DNA of 64,000 nt from Alphaproteobacteria bacterium (GCA_963555825.3 CAUVXB020000001.1:1536001-1600000); one strand, 5' to 3'. Counted from the stretch's first letter, positions 11,174-23,224 are shown. Made by a program: numbers and translations. The notes: a model not told the origin generated them from the sequence alone.

Positions 11174-13120
11174 TCAGCCCTGGGACTGGGTCAGACGCTT
11201 CAGCTCAGCTTCCGAGCCGGTGTACTCGATGAAGTTGGTCACCCCGGTGTCGACCGACAGCTGGAACATGCGTTGGGCTTCGCCGATGTTTCCCGCGATC
11301 AGGTGATATTGGCCGAGGTAGAAATACGCCTCGCATTCCTGCTCGGCGCGCTTGTCCAACGCGACCTGCCTGGCCGCGTCCAACACGACGGCCGGGGTCG
11401 ACTCGCCGAGCAACATCTCGATCACCGGGCCAGGCCAGGCTCCCGTGTTGATGCGTCCGGCGCGCTCGGTGAGTGCCGAAACATCACCAGCGCCGCTCCG
11501 TGCCTGGGCAAGGTAGAGCCAGATCATCCGGTATGCGTCACTGGGTTTGTCGTCCGCCAATGTCTCGAAGTCGCGCGCCGCCACGCCGAAATCGCCCAGA
11601 TAAAAATGCGCGTTGCCGCGATTCTTGAACGCCACGAAGTCGTTTGAATTCAAGCGAATGGCTATGTCGTAGTCGTCGATTGCACGCTGGTGCATGCCCA
11701 GCTTGCCATAAGCGACGCCGCGGTTGTTGTACGATGCCGGCAAATCCGGATCGAGCCGTACCGCCGTGTCGTAATCGGCGATCGCACGGTTGTAGAGGCC
11801 GTCGTTCTTATACGAATTGCCGCGCAGGATGTAGTAGTTGGGATCATCCGTGACGAACTCGGATTCCGACTCGCCAGCCGCCGGTAGTACGAGCGAGGGC
11901 ACTATCGATGCGGCGGATGTCGGCGCCGGTTCGGGTGCACTCACCGCCGGCGCGCTTGCTACCACCAACGGCTGTGGTTCTGTCTCGGCGGCGGGCTGCA
12001 CCGCGCCTTCGAAGGCGGTCGCCGAGCGGTCGTAGAGCGTACGCAATAGCTCGTCCATCGGTTCATCGATCACGGTCACCACGGGCGTTTCGGGCACCGG
12101 TTGTGACGCAGGCGCCGCCGCGACGTCAGTCTCAGCCACTGGCTCGGGCGCCGCGGCCGGCGCTTCGACAACCGGCTGAACGACCGGCTCGGGCGCCGCG
12201 GCCGGCGCTTCGACAACCGGCTGAACGACCGGCTCGGGCGCCGCGGGCGGCGCCACGACCGCGGGCGCCGGGGGCGGCGCAGCCATTTGGGCCGCGGGCT
12301 GTACCGCAGGCTCGGACACCGCGTCGACAACCGGTTGGGTTGCCGGCTCCGGTGGCGTGGGCGCCGGCTCGACAGCTGCTTGGACGACCGGCGGCGCGAC
12401 GGCTTCGACCGTGGGTTCCGCGCTGGCGGGTAGCGGCGCGGGTGGTTCGCTCTGCGCTTCGGCGACCGTGTCATCGGCGACCGGCGCGGCCTCCTTGGCC
12501 TGCAATGCGAGGGTGCGGCTGCGCGCCAGTTCGGCGTCATCCGGGTCGATCGTGAGGGCAGCGTCGTAATCGGCGATGGCGTCGTCGTAGTGGCCGGCCA
12601 TCATATAGGCGGTCGCGCGGCCCTTGAGAGCGCGCGGATTGTTCGGGCTGCGCTCGATGACGACGTCGTAATCCCGGATCGCCAGTTCGTGTTCGTCACG
12701 CGCGAGGTAGGCGTCGGCGCGCCGCTTGACGATGTCGGGGTCGCTGGGATCGAGTTCGATCGCACGGTCGTAGTCGGCGATCGCCTCATCGTACTCGCCC
12801 AGGCTGGCAAAGGAGATACCGCGGTTGAAGTAGGCGCGGTGATAATCCGGCATGAGCTGGATCGCCGCATTGAAGCTGATGATGGCGTCGTCGTGCTCGC
12901 CCTGGGTGTCGTATGCGAGGCCAAGGTTGTTGAGCGCGAAGACGGTGTGCTTGCGACCGAGTTCGCCCGACTCGATCGCCTTGGCATAGAACTCGATCGC
13001 TGCGTCAAGATCGCCGCGGCTTTGCGCCGCGAGACCGGCACGGGCATCGTCGAGCCCGGCAGCGATGGCGGGCATCGGAAGCATGGCCAGCAGGGCCGCG
13101 AATAAAATCCAGCGTGACAT
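11174..13120 (-). CDS. Secreted TPR protein with Pro/Ala-rich linker and NlpI-like C-terminus
   Basis: Signal peptide, two TPR blocks (AYFNRG, AIADYDRAIELDP), C-terminal YRMIWLYLA...WPGP...CEAYFYLGQ...FIEY. Confidence 0.85.
   Translation of the reverse strand: MSRWILFAALLAMLPMPAIAAGLDDARAGLAAQSRGDLDAAIEFYAKAIESGELGRKHTVFALNNLGLAYDTQGEHDDAIISFNAAIQLMPDYHRAYFNRGISFASLGEYDEAIADYDRAIELDPSDPDIVKRRADAYLARDEHELAIRDYDVVIERSPNNPRALKGRATAYMMAGHYDDAIADYDAALTIDPDDAELARSRTLALQAKEAAPVADDTVAEAQSEPPAPLPASAEPTVEAVAPPVVQAAVEPAPTPPEPATQPVVDAVSEPAVQPAAQMAAPPPAPAVVAPPAAPEPVVQPVVEAPAAAPEPVVQPVVEAPAAAPEPVAETDVAAAPASQPVPETPVVTVIDEPMDELLRTLYDRSATAFEGAVQPAAETEPQPLVVASAPAVSAPEPAPTSAASIVPSLVLPAAGESESEFVTDDPNYYILRGNSYKNDGLYNRAIADYDTAVRLDPDLPASYNNRGVAYGKLGMHQRAIDDYDIAIRLNSNDFVAFKNRGNAHFYLGDFGVAARDFETLADDKPSDAYRMIWLYLAQARSGAGDVSALTERAGRINTGAWPGPVIEMLLGESTPAVVLDAARQVALDKRAEQECEAYFYLGQYHLIAGNIGEAQRMFQLSVDTGVTNFIEYTGSEAELKRLTQSQG
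12141..12246. repeat. 45-bp in-frame tandem repeat in the TPR gene linker (about 2.3 copies)
   Basis: GGCTCGGGCGCCGCGGCCGGCGCTTCGACAACCGGCTGAACGACC repeated; encodes PAAAPEPVVQPVVEA. Confidence 0.85.
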
Positions 13121-13267
13121 CAATTACCTTTCGTCGGCGTGCCGACAGATTACGCGCGCCACTGCCGCATTCGCAACTTCCGTCCCGCGCAGTGCTGGAA
13201 AATTCCCGCGTCTGGGCTACAATCCACCAACAATCGAATTACGACAATCGATGTCCTCGGGGGGACG

Positions 13268-14260
13268 ATGAAAAAGCCATATCTTCTGTTTCTGGGCGAT
13301 GCGCGCGACGATCTGGCCGCCAAGTCGGCGCGCGGCGTGCTCGACTGGCGGCCCGAAGCGGGCATCGGCCAACTCAGGCTCGACGGCTGCAAGACCAGCC
13401 TCGGTCTGCCCGATATGACGGTCGAGGCGGCCGCCGAGGCGGGCGCCAAGACGATGGTCATGGGCGTCGCCAACGCCGGCGGCTTCATCCCCGACAACTG
13501 GACCGAAACCATCATCGGCGCGCTTGCCGCCGGCATGGACGTCGCCAGCGGCATGCATACACGGCTCGCCGATATCGAGCCTATCCGCGACGCCGCCCAG
13601 CGCCACGGCCGAGAGCTGTTCGATGTTCGTCACCCGTCGCGCGCATTCGCGGTCGGCAGCGGCGCAAAGCGGCCGGGCAAGCGGCTGCTGGCGGTCGGCA
13701 CCGATTGTTCCTGCGGCAAGATGTACACGACGCTCGCGCTCGAGCGCGAGATGCGCCAGCGCGGCCTCGACGTGGATTTTCGCGCGACCGGCCAGAGCGG
13801 CATCTTCATCGCCGGCGACGGCGTCTCGGTCGACGCCGTGGTCGCCGACTTCATCTCGGGTGCGACCGAATGGCTCTCGCCGGCCAACGACCCGGATCAC
13901 TGGGACCTGATCGAAGGCCAGGGCTCGCTGTTCCATCCGTCCTTCGCCGGCGTCAGCATGGGCCTGCTGCACGGCGCCCAGCCCGATGCGCTGGTGCTGT
14001 GTCACGAGCCGACGCGCACGCATATGCGTGGCCTGCCCGACCGCGCGCTGCCAGGTTTCGAGGAATGCATCGCGGCCAATTTATCCGCCGCCCGCCTGAC
14101 CAATTCGGCGGTGCGCTTCGTCGGTGTCGCCATGGATACCTCGAGACTCGACGACGACGCGCGCGAGCGAGTGCTCGGCGAAACCGAAGATAGGCTTGGA
14201 CTACCCTGCGTCGATTCGGTCGCGACCGGGGTCGCGCGCATCGTCGATACGCTGGCATGA
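13268..14260 (+). CDS. dgcN: DUF1611 family N-acetyltransferase DgcN
   Basis: PYLLFLGDA, VGTDCSCGKMYT, FRATGQSGI, IEGQGSLFHPSFAGVS; ATGA-coupled to a dgcA-like gene. Confidence 0.85.
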   Translation: MKKPYLLFLGDARDDLAAKSARGVLDWRPEAGIGQLRLDGCKTSLGLPDMTVEAAAEAGAKTMVMGVANAGGFIPDNWTETIIGALAAGMDVASGMHTRLADIEPIRDAAQRHGRELFDVRHPSRAFAVGSGAKRPGKRLLAVGTDCSCGKMYTTLALEREMRQRGLDVDFRATGQSGIFIAGDGVSVDAVVADFISGATEWLSPANDPDHWDLIEGQGSLFHPSFAGVSMGLLHGAQPDALVLCHEPTRTHMRGLPDRALPGFEECIAANLSAARLTNSAVRFVGVAMDTSRLDDDARERVLGETEDRLGLPCVDSVATGVARIVDTLA

Positions 14261-15246
14261 GCAGCCGCCGCCTGTCGGTTCGCGCCGAGACATGGCCGAT
14301 CGAGGGCAGCTTCACGATCTCGCGCGGCAGCCGCACCGAATCGCGGGTCGTCGTCGCCGAGATCGCCGATGGCGACAATATCGGGCGCGGCGAATGCCTG
14401 CCCTATGCGCGCTATGACGAGACCGTCGAGGGCGTCGCCGCGTTGATCGAGAGCGTCGGCCCGGCGATCGCCGACGGCATCGACCGCGCAGGCTTGCAGG
14501 ACCACCTGCCGCCCGGCGCGGCGCGCAACGCGCTCGACTGCGCGTTGTGGGACCTCGAGGCCAAGCGGACCGGCACACCGGTCTGGCGCCGCGCGGGGCT
14601 CGCCGAGCCGGGGCCGTTGGTCACCGCCTACACACTCAGCCTGGGCACCGTCGAGGCGATGGGCGCGGCGGCGCGGACCAACGCGCACCGGCCCCTTCTC
14701 AAGGTCAAGCTGGGCGGCGAGGACGTCGTCGCACGGGTGCGCGCGGTGCGCGCCGGCGCGCCCGAGACGCGCCTGGTTGTCGACGCCAACGAGGCCTGGA
14801 CGCCCGCGCTGCTCACCGAGGTGCTGCCCGAGCTGGCGCGGCTCGGCGTCGAGATGGTCGAACAACCGCTGCCCGCCGGCACCGACGACGCGCTCGCCGG
14901 CATCGAACGACCGGTAGCCGTCTGCGCCGATGAATCGTGCCACGACACGGCGTCGCTCGCCGGCCTCGCCGGACGTTACGACATGATCAACATCAAACTC
15001 GACAAGACCGGCGGGCTGACCGAGGCGCTGCGCCTCGCCGACGCCGCGCAGGCGGCCGGTTTCGGCCTCATGGTCGGCTGCATGATCGCGACCTCGCTGT
15101 CGATGGCGCCGGCCATGCTGGTCGCCGCCCACGCCCGCGTCGTCGACCTCGATGGGCCGCTGCTGCTGGCGCGCGACCGGACCCCCGGCATCGTCTATGC
15201 CGACGGCCTGATGCAGGCGCCACCGCGCGAGCTGTGGGGCGCCTAG
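14257..15246 (+). CDS. dgcA: N-acetyl-D-Glu racemase DgcA / dipeptide epimerase (enolase superfamily)
   Basis: FTISRG, GECLPYARY, LKVKLG, VDANE, EQPL, ADES, NIKLDKTGG, DLDGPLLL. Confidence 0.85.
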   Translation: MSSRRLSVRAETWPIEGSFTISRGSRTESRVVVAEIADGDNIGRGECLPYARYDETVEGVAALIESVGPAIADGIDRAGLQDHLPPGAARNALDCALWDLEAKRTGTPVWRRAGLAEPGPLVTAYTLSLGTVEAMGAAARTNAHRPLLKVKLGGEDVVARVRAVRAGAPETRLVVDANEAWTPALLTEVLPELARLGVEMVEQPLPAGTDDALAGIERPVAVCADESCHDTASLAGLAGRYDMINIKLDKTGGLTEALRLADAAQAAGFGLMVGCMIATSLSMAPAMLVAAHARVVDLDGPLLLARDRTPGIVYADGLMQAPPRELWGA

Positions 15247-15614
15247 GCGGCGATTGATTCTGAATCGACGGGTGAGTCGTCCGTGAGCGTGACGCCGTCC
15301 AGCACACGGCAGGCATACGCGTTGCCTTCCGGCCACCGGTGGTACTTTCGGGCGTACTGAACCATCAGCTCGCGATAGCGCAGCACGACATTGGACGTGA
15401 CCTCGCGCGTGTAATGGTCGAAAAGCTGCGTGCGAGCGTCTTCGCGGCCTTCCTTGTGGTCCATGATCCGGCTCTTGATGGTATGGCTGCCGCCGTCCGC
15501 ACAGCCGATAAAGGTCAATCTGCCGTCCTCGTACAGCGTGAACACGCCGGGCGCTTCGGGCAAGCTGTCGAGGTTCGCATGGCTGGCGGGAAAGATTTTT
15601 TCACCGAATGGCAT
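15243..15614 (-). CDS. Small GIY-YIG-like protein
   Basis: LPEAPGVFTL..(10)..FIG.A.....IKSRI..H, resembling a degenerate GIY-YIG motif; start at ATG 15614. Confidence 0.6.
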   Translation of the reverse strand: MPFGEKIFPASHANLDSLPEAPGVFTLYEDGRLTFIGCADGGSHTIKSRIMDHKEGREDARTQLFDHYTREVTSNVVLRYRELMVQYARKYHRWPEGNAYACRVLDGVTLTDDSPVDSESIAA

Positions 15615-15731
15615 GGTTTGTACTCTCTTGCTGTGACAGGTGGCATTAATAACCCCTACGCTTGACGATGTCAGTGACGGCTGCCACACCACATTATAAT
15701 CCCCCCCTCCCCAGCGACGAGGAGACGATCG

Positions 15732-16469
15732 ATGGCCGGAACGACGAAATTCGGGCCCGAAAGCATCAAGGCACTCGCCTTCGACGTCGGCGGCACGGTG
15801 TTCAACTGGTACCACACGGTGTGCGACGCGGTCGACGCGCTGGCCGGCGAACGCGATGCGGACGTTGACGCCGGAGCATTTGCCAACGCTTGGCGGCTCG
15901 GCATGTTCGCGGTGCTCTCCGAAGTGCGATTCGGCGCGCGCGGCGCGATGTCGACCGACGCCATGCAGCTCGCCAGCCTGCGCAAGCTCGCCGCCGACTT
16001 CCCCGCGCTGGCCCTCACCGCGGCGGACATGGACGCCCTGGCGGGCGTCTGGTACCGGCTCAAGCCCTGGCCCGACGTGCCGGACGCGGTCGACCGGCTG
16101 CGTGACGACTACACCACCGTGGTGCTGACAGTGATGGGCTGGGGCGCCATGATGGCATCGTCGAAGGCCGCCGGCATCGCCTGGGACAGCATCCTCAGCT
16201 GCGAGTTTCTCGGCGTCTGGAAGCCCGACGCCGAGGCCTACCTGACGGTGCCACGCCTCCTTGCCCTGCGTCCCGACGAGGTCATGATGGTCGCCGCCCA
16301 TCCGGGCGATCTGAGCGCCGCCGCCGCGGCCGGCCTGCGCACGGCCTACGTCATCCGGCCGGCGACCTGTGAGCCGGGCTACGACCCGAACGACTTCCCG
16401 CGCGCCGACTTCGACGTCAACGCAAAGGACTTCCCCGACCTGGTGCGGCAACTGTGCCCAGGCGACTAG
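15732..16469 (+). CDS. Haloacid dehalogenase type II-like HAD hydrolase
   Basis: ALAFDVGGTVFNW, LKPWPD, WKPD.EAY, MMVAAHPGDL. Confidence 0.85.
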   Translation: MAGTTKFGPESIKALAFDVGGTVFNWYHTVCDAVDALAGERDADVDAGAFANAWRLGMFAVLSEVRFGARGAMSTDAMQLASLRKLAADFPALALTAADMDALAGVWYRLKPWPDVPDAVDRLRDDYTTVVLTVMGWGAMMASSKAAGIAWDSILSCEFLGVWKPDAEAYLTVPRLLALRPDEVMMVAAHPGDLSAAAAAGLRTAYVIRPATCEPGYDPNDFPRADFDVNAKDFPDLVRQLCPGD

Positions 16470-16654
16470 CGCATCATCCGATCGATCGGATGATGCCAGC
16501 CCGCGCCAATCTTATCCCAACAAGAGGGCGGGCCGCCGACCGTTCGGCCAGCTTTGATTCCATAAGACTGGCATGCGCGGCGATTGAGCGCGGGTCACCT
16601 TTAGGTGGCCGCACAAAGGAAGCTGACCGCACAAAATCATGCTCCCGCTTGACC
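16467..16654 (+). repeat. Dispersed repeat copy 1 (inverted partner at 20576-20742)
   Basis: 16497-16548 matches the reverse complement of 20653-20703 with one indel; 16575-16599 matches 20620-20644 at 24/25; starts with the perfect palindrome GCATCATCCGATCGATCGGATGATGC (16471-16496). Confidence 0.85.
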
Positions 16655-16825
16655 CCAATCACGAGAGGTCTAAGATGGTTTGGGCCTAATCGTGAAAAGG
16701 GGGGTTAAAAAGATGTCCCCGCCCGACACGCCGACGAGCGAACTCACCGGGGATCTTATCGATCCACTTAAATCTCGGCCGTATGGTCGTGAGGTGAGCC
16801 ACAGGATGGCCACCATATGCAATGG

Positions 16826-16848
16826 GCCCCGCCGCACGGCGGGGCTTT
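16826..16848 (+). terminator. Intrinsic terminator-like hairpin
   Basis: GCCCCGCCG-CA-CGGCGGGGC followed by TTT; lies just beyond the guaA stop. Confidence 0.6.
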
Positions 16849-16900
16849 GCTGTGTCTGGGGCGCGCGCTTTTGCCGCCGCCCCTACCGCCCGCTCGCCCC

Positions 16901-18502
16901 CTACTCCCACTCGATCGTGCCGGGGGGCTTCGAGGTGACGTCGTAGACGACGCGGTTGATGCCGCGCACCTCGTTGCAGATGCGCGTCGAGACGCGGCTC
17001 AGGAACTCGTGCGAAAACGGGTAGGCGTCGGCCGTCATGCCGTCGGTCGAGGTCACCGCGCGCAGCGCGCAGACGTGCTCGTAGGAACGTTCGTCGCCCA
17101 TCACGCCGACCGTGCGCACCGGCAGCAGCACGGCGAAGGCCTGCCAGATCTCGTCGTAGAGGCCGGCGGCGCGGATCTCCTCGAGGTAGATCGCGTCGGC
17201 GCGGCGCAGAATGGCGAGCCTCTCGGGGGTGATCGCGCCTGGCATGCGGATCGCCAGGCCCGGCCCCGGGAACGGGTGGCGGCCGACGACACTCTCGGGC
17301 AGGCCGAGCTCGCGCCCGAGCTCGCGCACCTCATCCTTGAACAGCTCGCGCAGCGGCTCGACCAGCGCCATATTCATGCGCTCGGGCAGGCCGCCGACGT
17401 TGTGGTGCGACTTGATCGTAACGCTCGGCCCGCCCGCGGGCGAGATCGATTCGATGACGTCGGGGTAGAGCGTCCCTTGGGCCAGGAAGTCGGCGCCGCC
17501 GGCCCTGGCGGCCTCCGCTTCGAAGACGTCGATGAAGGTCGCGCCAATGATCTTGCGTTTGCGCTCGGGGTCGGTCACGCCGGCGAGCTTCTCGAGGAAC
17601 AGTTCGCCAGCGTCGTTGTGTACCAGCGTGATGTTGGAGCGGTCGCGGAACAGCGTGACGACCTCTTCCGATTCGCCTTCGCGCATCAGGCCGGTATCGA
17701 CGAAAACGCAAATCAGCCGGTCGCCGATCGCTTCGTGCAGCAGTGCCGCGACGACCGAGGAGTCGACGCCGCCCGAGAGGCCGCAGATGACCCGGCCGTC
17801 GCCGATCTGGGCGCGCGCGCGGGCCAGCGCCTCGCCATGGAAGGCCGCCATCGACCAGTCACCCACGCAGCCCGCGACGCGGTGCGTGAAGTTGTGCAGC
17901 AGTGCTGCGCCGTGCGTCGTGTGCACCACCTCGGGGTGGAACTGGACGCCGTAGAAGCGGCGCTCGTCGTCGGCAATGGCGGCGAACGGCGCGCCCTCGC
18001 TTTGGCCGACGACGCGGAAACCGCCGGGCAGCGCAACGACGCGGTCGCCGTGGCTCATCCACGCCTGCTCGCGCGTGCCGACCGGCCACAGCCCATCGAA
18101 CAGCACGCAGTCGTCGGTGACCTCGACGAAGGCGCGGCCGAACTCGCGGTGGTCCGACCCTTCGACGACGCCGCCCAATTGCGCGCACATGGTCTGCTCG
18201 CCATAACAGATGCCAAGCACGGGCACGCCAAGTTCGAAGACGATATCGGGCGCGCGCGGCGTTTCCTCGGTCGTCACCGAGGCCGGGCCACCCGACAGGA
18301 TGATCGCTTTGGGCGCGAAGGCCGCGACCTCGTCGTCGCTCACGTTGAACGGGCGGATTTCGCAAAACACGCCGTTCTCGCGCACGCGGCGGGCGATCAG
18401 CTGACAGGTCTGCCCGCCGAAGTCGAGAATCAGAACGCGGTCCATCAAAGGACGATGGACCGCGTCGCCGGCTGGTGCCAGCGCAACGTCTTCAACTGCC
18501 AT
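16901..18502 (-). CDS. guaA: GMP synthase (glutamine-hydrolysing)
   Basis: [56 protein letters not shown]; start either 18502 or 18445. Confidence 0.97.
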   Translation of the reverse strand: MAVEDVALAPAGDAVHRPLMDRVLILDFGGQTCQLIARRVRENGVFCEIRPFNVSDDEVAAFAPKAIILSGGPASVTTEETPRAPDIVFELGVPVLGICYGEQTMCAQLGGVVEGSDHREFGRAFVEVTDDCVLFDGLWPVGTREQAWMSHGDRVVALPGGFRVVGQSEGAPFAAIADDERRFYGVQFHPEVVHTTHGAALLHNFTHRVAGCVGDWSMAAFHGEALARARAQIGDGRVICGLSGGVDSSVVAALLHEAIGDRLICVFVDTGLMREGESEEVVTLFRDRSNITLVHNDAGELFLEKLAGVTDPERKRKIIGATFIDVFEAEAARAGGADFLAQGTLYPDVIESISPAGGPSVTIKSHHNVGGLPERMNMALVEPLRELFKDEVRELGRELGLPESVVGRHPFPGPGLAIRMPGAITPERLAILRRADAIYLEEIRAAGLYDEIWQAFAVLLPVRTVGVMGDERSYEHVCALRAVTSTDGMTADAYPFSHEFLSRVSTRICNEVRGINRVVYDVTSKPPGTIEWE

Positions 18503-18968
18503 GGGCGGCCTTGAATTTGGCGACCTCTGCCTTGAGCTCCTTGTACTCGCCGCAGGAATAGGTGCACGCCTTGCCGAGCGATCGCAGCAGCTTCTCGGCC
18601 TCGGCGAGATTGTCCATCTCGAGATACAGCTCGCCGAGATACTCATGCGCGCCGCGGTGCATACCGTTTAGGTCGAGGGCCGTCCGATAATTCTCGAACG
18701 CCGCGTCGGTGTCGCCCAGCTTGCGGTAGCTATAGCCGAGCAGATTATAGGCGTCGGCGCTCGTCGGGTCGGACGCGACCGCCTTCTTTAAATTCTCGAC
18801 CGCGGTCGCGTAATCGCCGGCGTCTGCCGCCTTCTTGCCTGCGTCGTAGTCGCTCGACGACGGCGTCGGCGCCGATGAACCGCCCAAACTCAAGGCCCAG
18901 GCCGGGCCGCCCGAAAGCGCGAGGCCGACCGAAAGGACGGCGGCGGTGACAAGAGCTTTGATCGTCAT
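18492..18968 (-). CDS. Small secreted TPR protein between guaB and guaA
   Basis: Signal peptide; [29 protein letters not shown]-terminal CxxxC. Confidence 0.85.
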   Translation of the reverse strand: MTIKALVTAAVLSVGLALSGGPAWALSLGGSSAPTPSSSDYDAGKKAADAGDYATAVENLKKAVASDPTSADAYNLLGYSYRKLGDTDAAFENYRTALDLNGMHRGAHEYLGELYLEMDNLAEAEKLLRSLGKACTYSCGEYKELKAEVAKFKAAHGS

Positions 18969-19065
18969 CTCGGAGTTCCGGTTCAGTGGATCGGTGTTAT
19001 ATCGCTCAACCAAGAAGATAGTGAACCCGCCGAAAATTGGCCAGCGCGCCGGGCATTCGGCCGGC

Positions 19066-20739
<1,674 letters not shown>

Positions 20740-20742
<3 letters not shown>

Positions 20743-21411
20743 ACGCGCGTCAATGGATTTGTCTTCGGGTGATCCCCGGAATCCCTTGGCGACGAGGTAG
20801 ACCTCGGCCGATTCGTCGCGGCTCGCCGGCGGCTTGGCGTGCTTCACGGTCTCGAAGGCGCGTTTGACGGTGGCCAGCAGCGCCGCCTCGGTGCCACCCT
20901 TGAGGACCTTGCAGACGAAGGCGCCGCCCGGTGCCAGGATTTCCTGGGCCAGATTGAGCGCCGCCTCGCAGAGCGCGACGACGCGCAGGTGGTCGGTCGC
21001 CTTGTGGCCGGTCGACGGCGCCGCCATGTCGCTGAGCACGATATCGGCCGGACCGCCGAGCGCCGCGCGGATCGGCCCGGCCACCTCGGGGTCGAGCCCG
21101 TCGCCTTGCATGAACGTCGCGCCGGTGATCGGCTCGACCGGATTGAGGTCGATGGCGACGACGGCGCCGGCGCCCTCGCCGGCGCGCACGCGCTCGACAG
21201 CGACCTGGGTCCAACCGCCCGGCGCGGCGCCCAGATCGACCACCTTGCGCCCCGGGGCAAGCAGGTCAAACCGGTCGTCTAGCTCGCGCAGCTTGAACGC
21301 GGCGCGCGAGCGCAGGCCTTCTTTTTGGGCCGCCTTGACGTAGGGGTCGTTCAGTTGGCGATCGAGCCAGCGGCGCGAAGACTGACGCCGTTTACCGCGC
21401 GCACTTACCAC
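20740..21411 (-). CDS. rlmE: 23S rRNA Um2552 methyltransferase RlmE
   Basis: RWLDRQLNDPY, RSRAAFKL, DLGAAPGGW, VLSDMAA, KPPASRDESAEVY. Confidence 0.95.
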
Positions 21412-21417
21412 TTCGCG

Positions 21418-21959
21418 TAGCCCGGCGTTCTCACCATGGACAGGCGCGTCATCGCGTCGGGCGGTCGCCGACCCGCCAGGAGAAGGCCGCCGAGCGTAGC
21501 CTGGGGTACGCGCAAGGCCTTCGACGCCGCGGGCGGCCCGCCCGGCGCGACCCGGAGGGCGGCGGATATCGGACGACAGGCCGCGTCAAAGCGCTTGCCC
21601 GATGCGCGAGTACTCACTTGCACGATTCCACGGTACGTAGGACGGCCTTGCGTGGTCGTCCGGCAAGGCGCCCGGCGCGCCGTGATGCTGGACGCATCAC
21701 AAGCGCCGGGCAACGCCGCCGGCGGCCGCGCAAGGCCGCCCTGCGGGTCGCGTTTCCCGTCCCCTCGGGGCGTCAGGAACGCTCGCTGATGCGAAAGCAT
21801 CGCCTTCGCGCCCCCGACTGCCGAGGAAACCGGAAACGCGATCCTACGTGCCGTGGAATCGTGCAAGGGAGTACTGGCATCGCGCTGCGCACTTTTCCTA
21901 GCCTGTCGTCCGATATCCGCCGTGCCGCACCTGTCCATGGTGAGAATTCCAGGCTCTAG
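21418..21959. repeat. ~540-bp nested-palindrome element (MITE-like or large structured RNA)
   Basis: Stems 21428-21444/21930-21946 (17/17), 21560-21581/21901-21922 (22/22), 21609-21642/21842-21875 (32/34), plus three internal hairpin arms. Confidence 0.85.
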
Positions 21960-23110
21960 TCCGCGCCCGGCACCGGATGCGACCCGATGGCGTCGTGGCC
22001 GCCGATGTGGCCGCCTTTGGCACGGCTATCGCGGTGGCCGTCCTCGCGCATCAGCTCGACCAGCATGCCCTCGCGCAGGCCACGGTCGGCGACGCGCAGA
22101 TGGCCGACCGGCCAGGCGCGCTCGATCGCCTCGAGGATGGCGCAGCCGGCGATCACCAGATCGGCGCGTTCCGGCCCGATCGACGGGATCTGCGCGCGGG
22201 CCGCCAAGTCGAGGTCCAGCAGATCCTCGGTGACCCGACGGATGTCGTCGAAGTCGAGCCGGATGCCGTCGATCAGGGCACGGTTGTACTTCGCCAGGTC
22301 CAAGAGGACGCCGGCGATCGTCGTCACCGTGCCCGAAGTGCCGATCAGTTGGACGTCGCCGGCGGCGACCTCGCCGGCCACGCCGTGGGCGGTGTTGAAG
22401 GGCGCCAGCAGCCGTCCCGCGTCATCGACCATGGCGGCATAGGCGTCCGCCGTGACGCGGTCGCCGCCATAGCGTTCCGAAAGCGAGACGACGCCGCAGG
22501 GCAACGAGGTCCAGCCGATGATTTCGTTCTCTATCACGCCATCGCAGCGCAGCCAGACCAGTTCCGTACTGCCGCCGCCGATGTCGAAGACCAGCACGCA
22601 ACGGGCATCGTCGTCGAGCAGCGGCACGCAGCCGGCAAGCGCCAGCGCCGCCTCCTCGCGCCGCGAGATGACCTCGAAGGTGATGCCGGTCTCGGCGGCC
22701 ACCCGGTCGAGAAATTGGTCGCAATTCTCGGCCTGCCGGCATGCCTCGGTGGCGATGTTGCGCGCCCGCGCGACACCCTTGCGGCGCATCTTGCGCGCGC
22801 AGATGTGCAGCGCCGAGATGGTGCGCGCCATCGCCGCCTCGGACAGCGCGCCGGCCTCGCCAAGTCCCTCGCCGAGACGCACGATGCGCGAGAAGGCATC
22901 GACGACGCGAAAGCCCGCCACGTCCGGCCGCGCGATCAGCATGCGGCAGTTGTTGGTCCCGAGATCGATCGCGGCATAGGTCGGCGTGCGCGCAGGCTTA
23001 CGCGCGCCCGATTGCGCCCGGACGGTCCGCGTTCCGGTTGGTGGCGCTTGGCCGCTCCCTGCCGTCATTCCATCAGCCCCGCCGTTGCTCGGCGCGTTTT
23101 TGTCGCGCAT
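21956..23110 (-). CDS. Ppx/GppA family phosphatase (short form)
   Basis: AAIDLGTNNCR, RLGEG, ATEACR, FDIGGGSTE, GTSGT, ADRGLREG; start uncertain (23110 used). Confidence 0.9.
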   Translation of the reverse strand: MRDKNAPSNGGADGMTAGSGQAPPTGTRTVRAQSGARKPARTPTYAAIDLGTNNCRMLIARPDVAGFRVVDAFSRIVRLGEGLGEAGALSEAAMARTISALHICARKMRRKGVARARNIATEACRQAENCDQFLDRVAAETGITFEVISRREEAALALAGCVPLLDDDARCVLVFDIGGGSTELVWLRCDGVIENEIIGWTSLPCGVVSLSERYGGDRVTADAYAAMVDDAGRLLAPFNTAHGVAGEVAAGDVQLIGTSGTVTTIAGVLLDLAKYNRALIDGIRLDFDDIRRVTEDLLDLDLAARAQIPSIGPERADLVIAGCAILEAIERAWPVGHLRVADRGLREGMLVELMREDGHRDSRAKGGHIGGHDAIGSHPVPGAD

Positions 23111-23168
23111 GATGCTCCCAACGCCTTGTATACCAGACTTGGCCCGAATCGCGAAAACCGCCCACTGC

Positions 23169-23197
23169 TTGACAGGCCGGCGCGCGCTTCTTAGTTT
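23169..23197 (+). promoter_or_regulatory. Putative tRNA-Gln promoter
   Basis: TTGACA-17 nt-TAGTTT followed by GC-rich sequence upstream of the tRNA. Confidence 0.6.
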
Positions 23198-23224
23198 CCG
23201 GCCAGCCCGTTCGGGCGCCCCTGG

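Noticed and set aside
18400-18445. GuaA N-terminal motif DFGGQTCQL instead of the usual DFGSQYTQL
   Set aside because: All catalytic motifs are intact; treated as ordinary divergence.
21405-21959. ORFs of 113-177 aa inside the palindromic element
   Set aside because: Arg/Ala/Pro-rich with no motif; expected by chance in GC-rich palindromic DNA.
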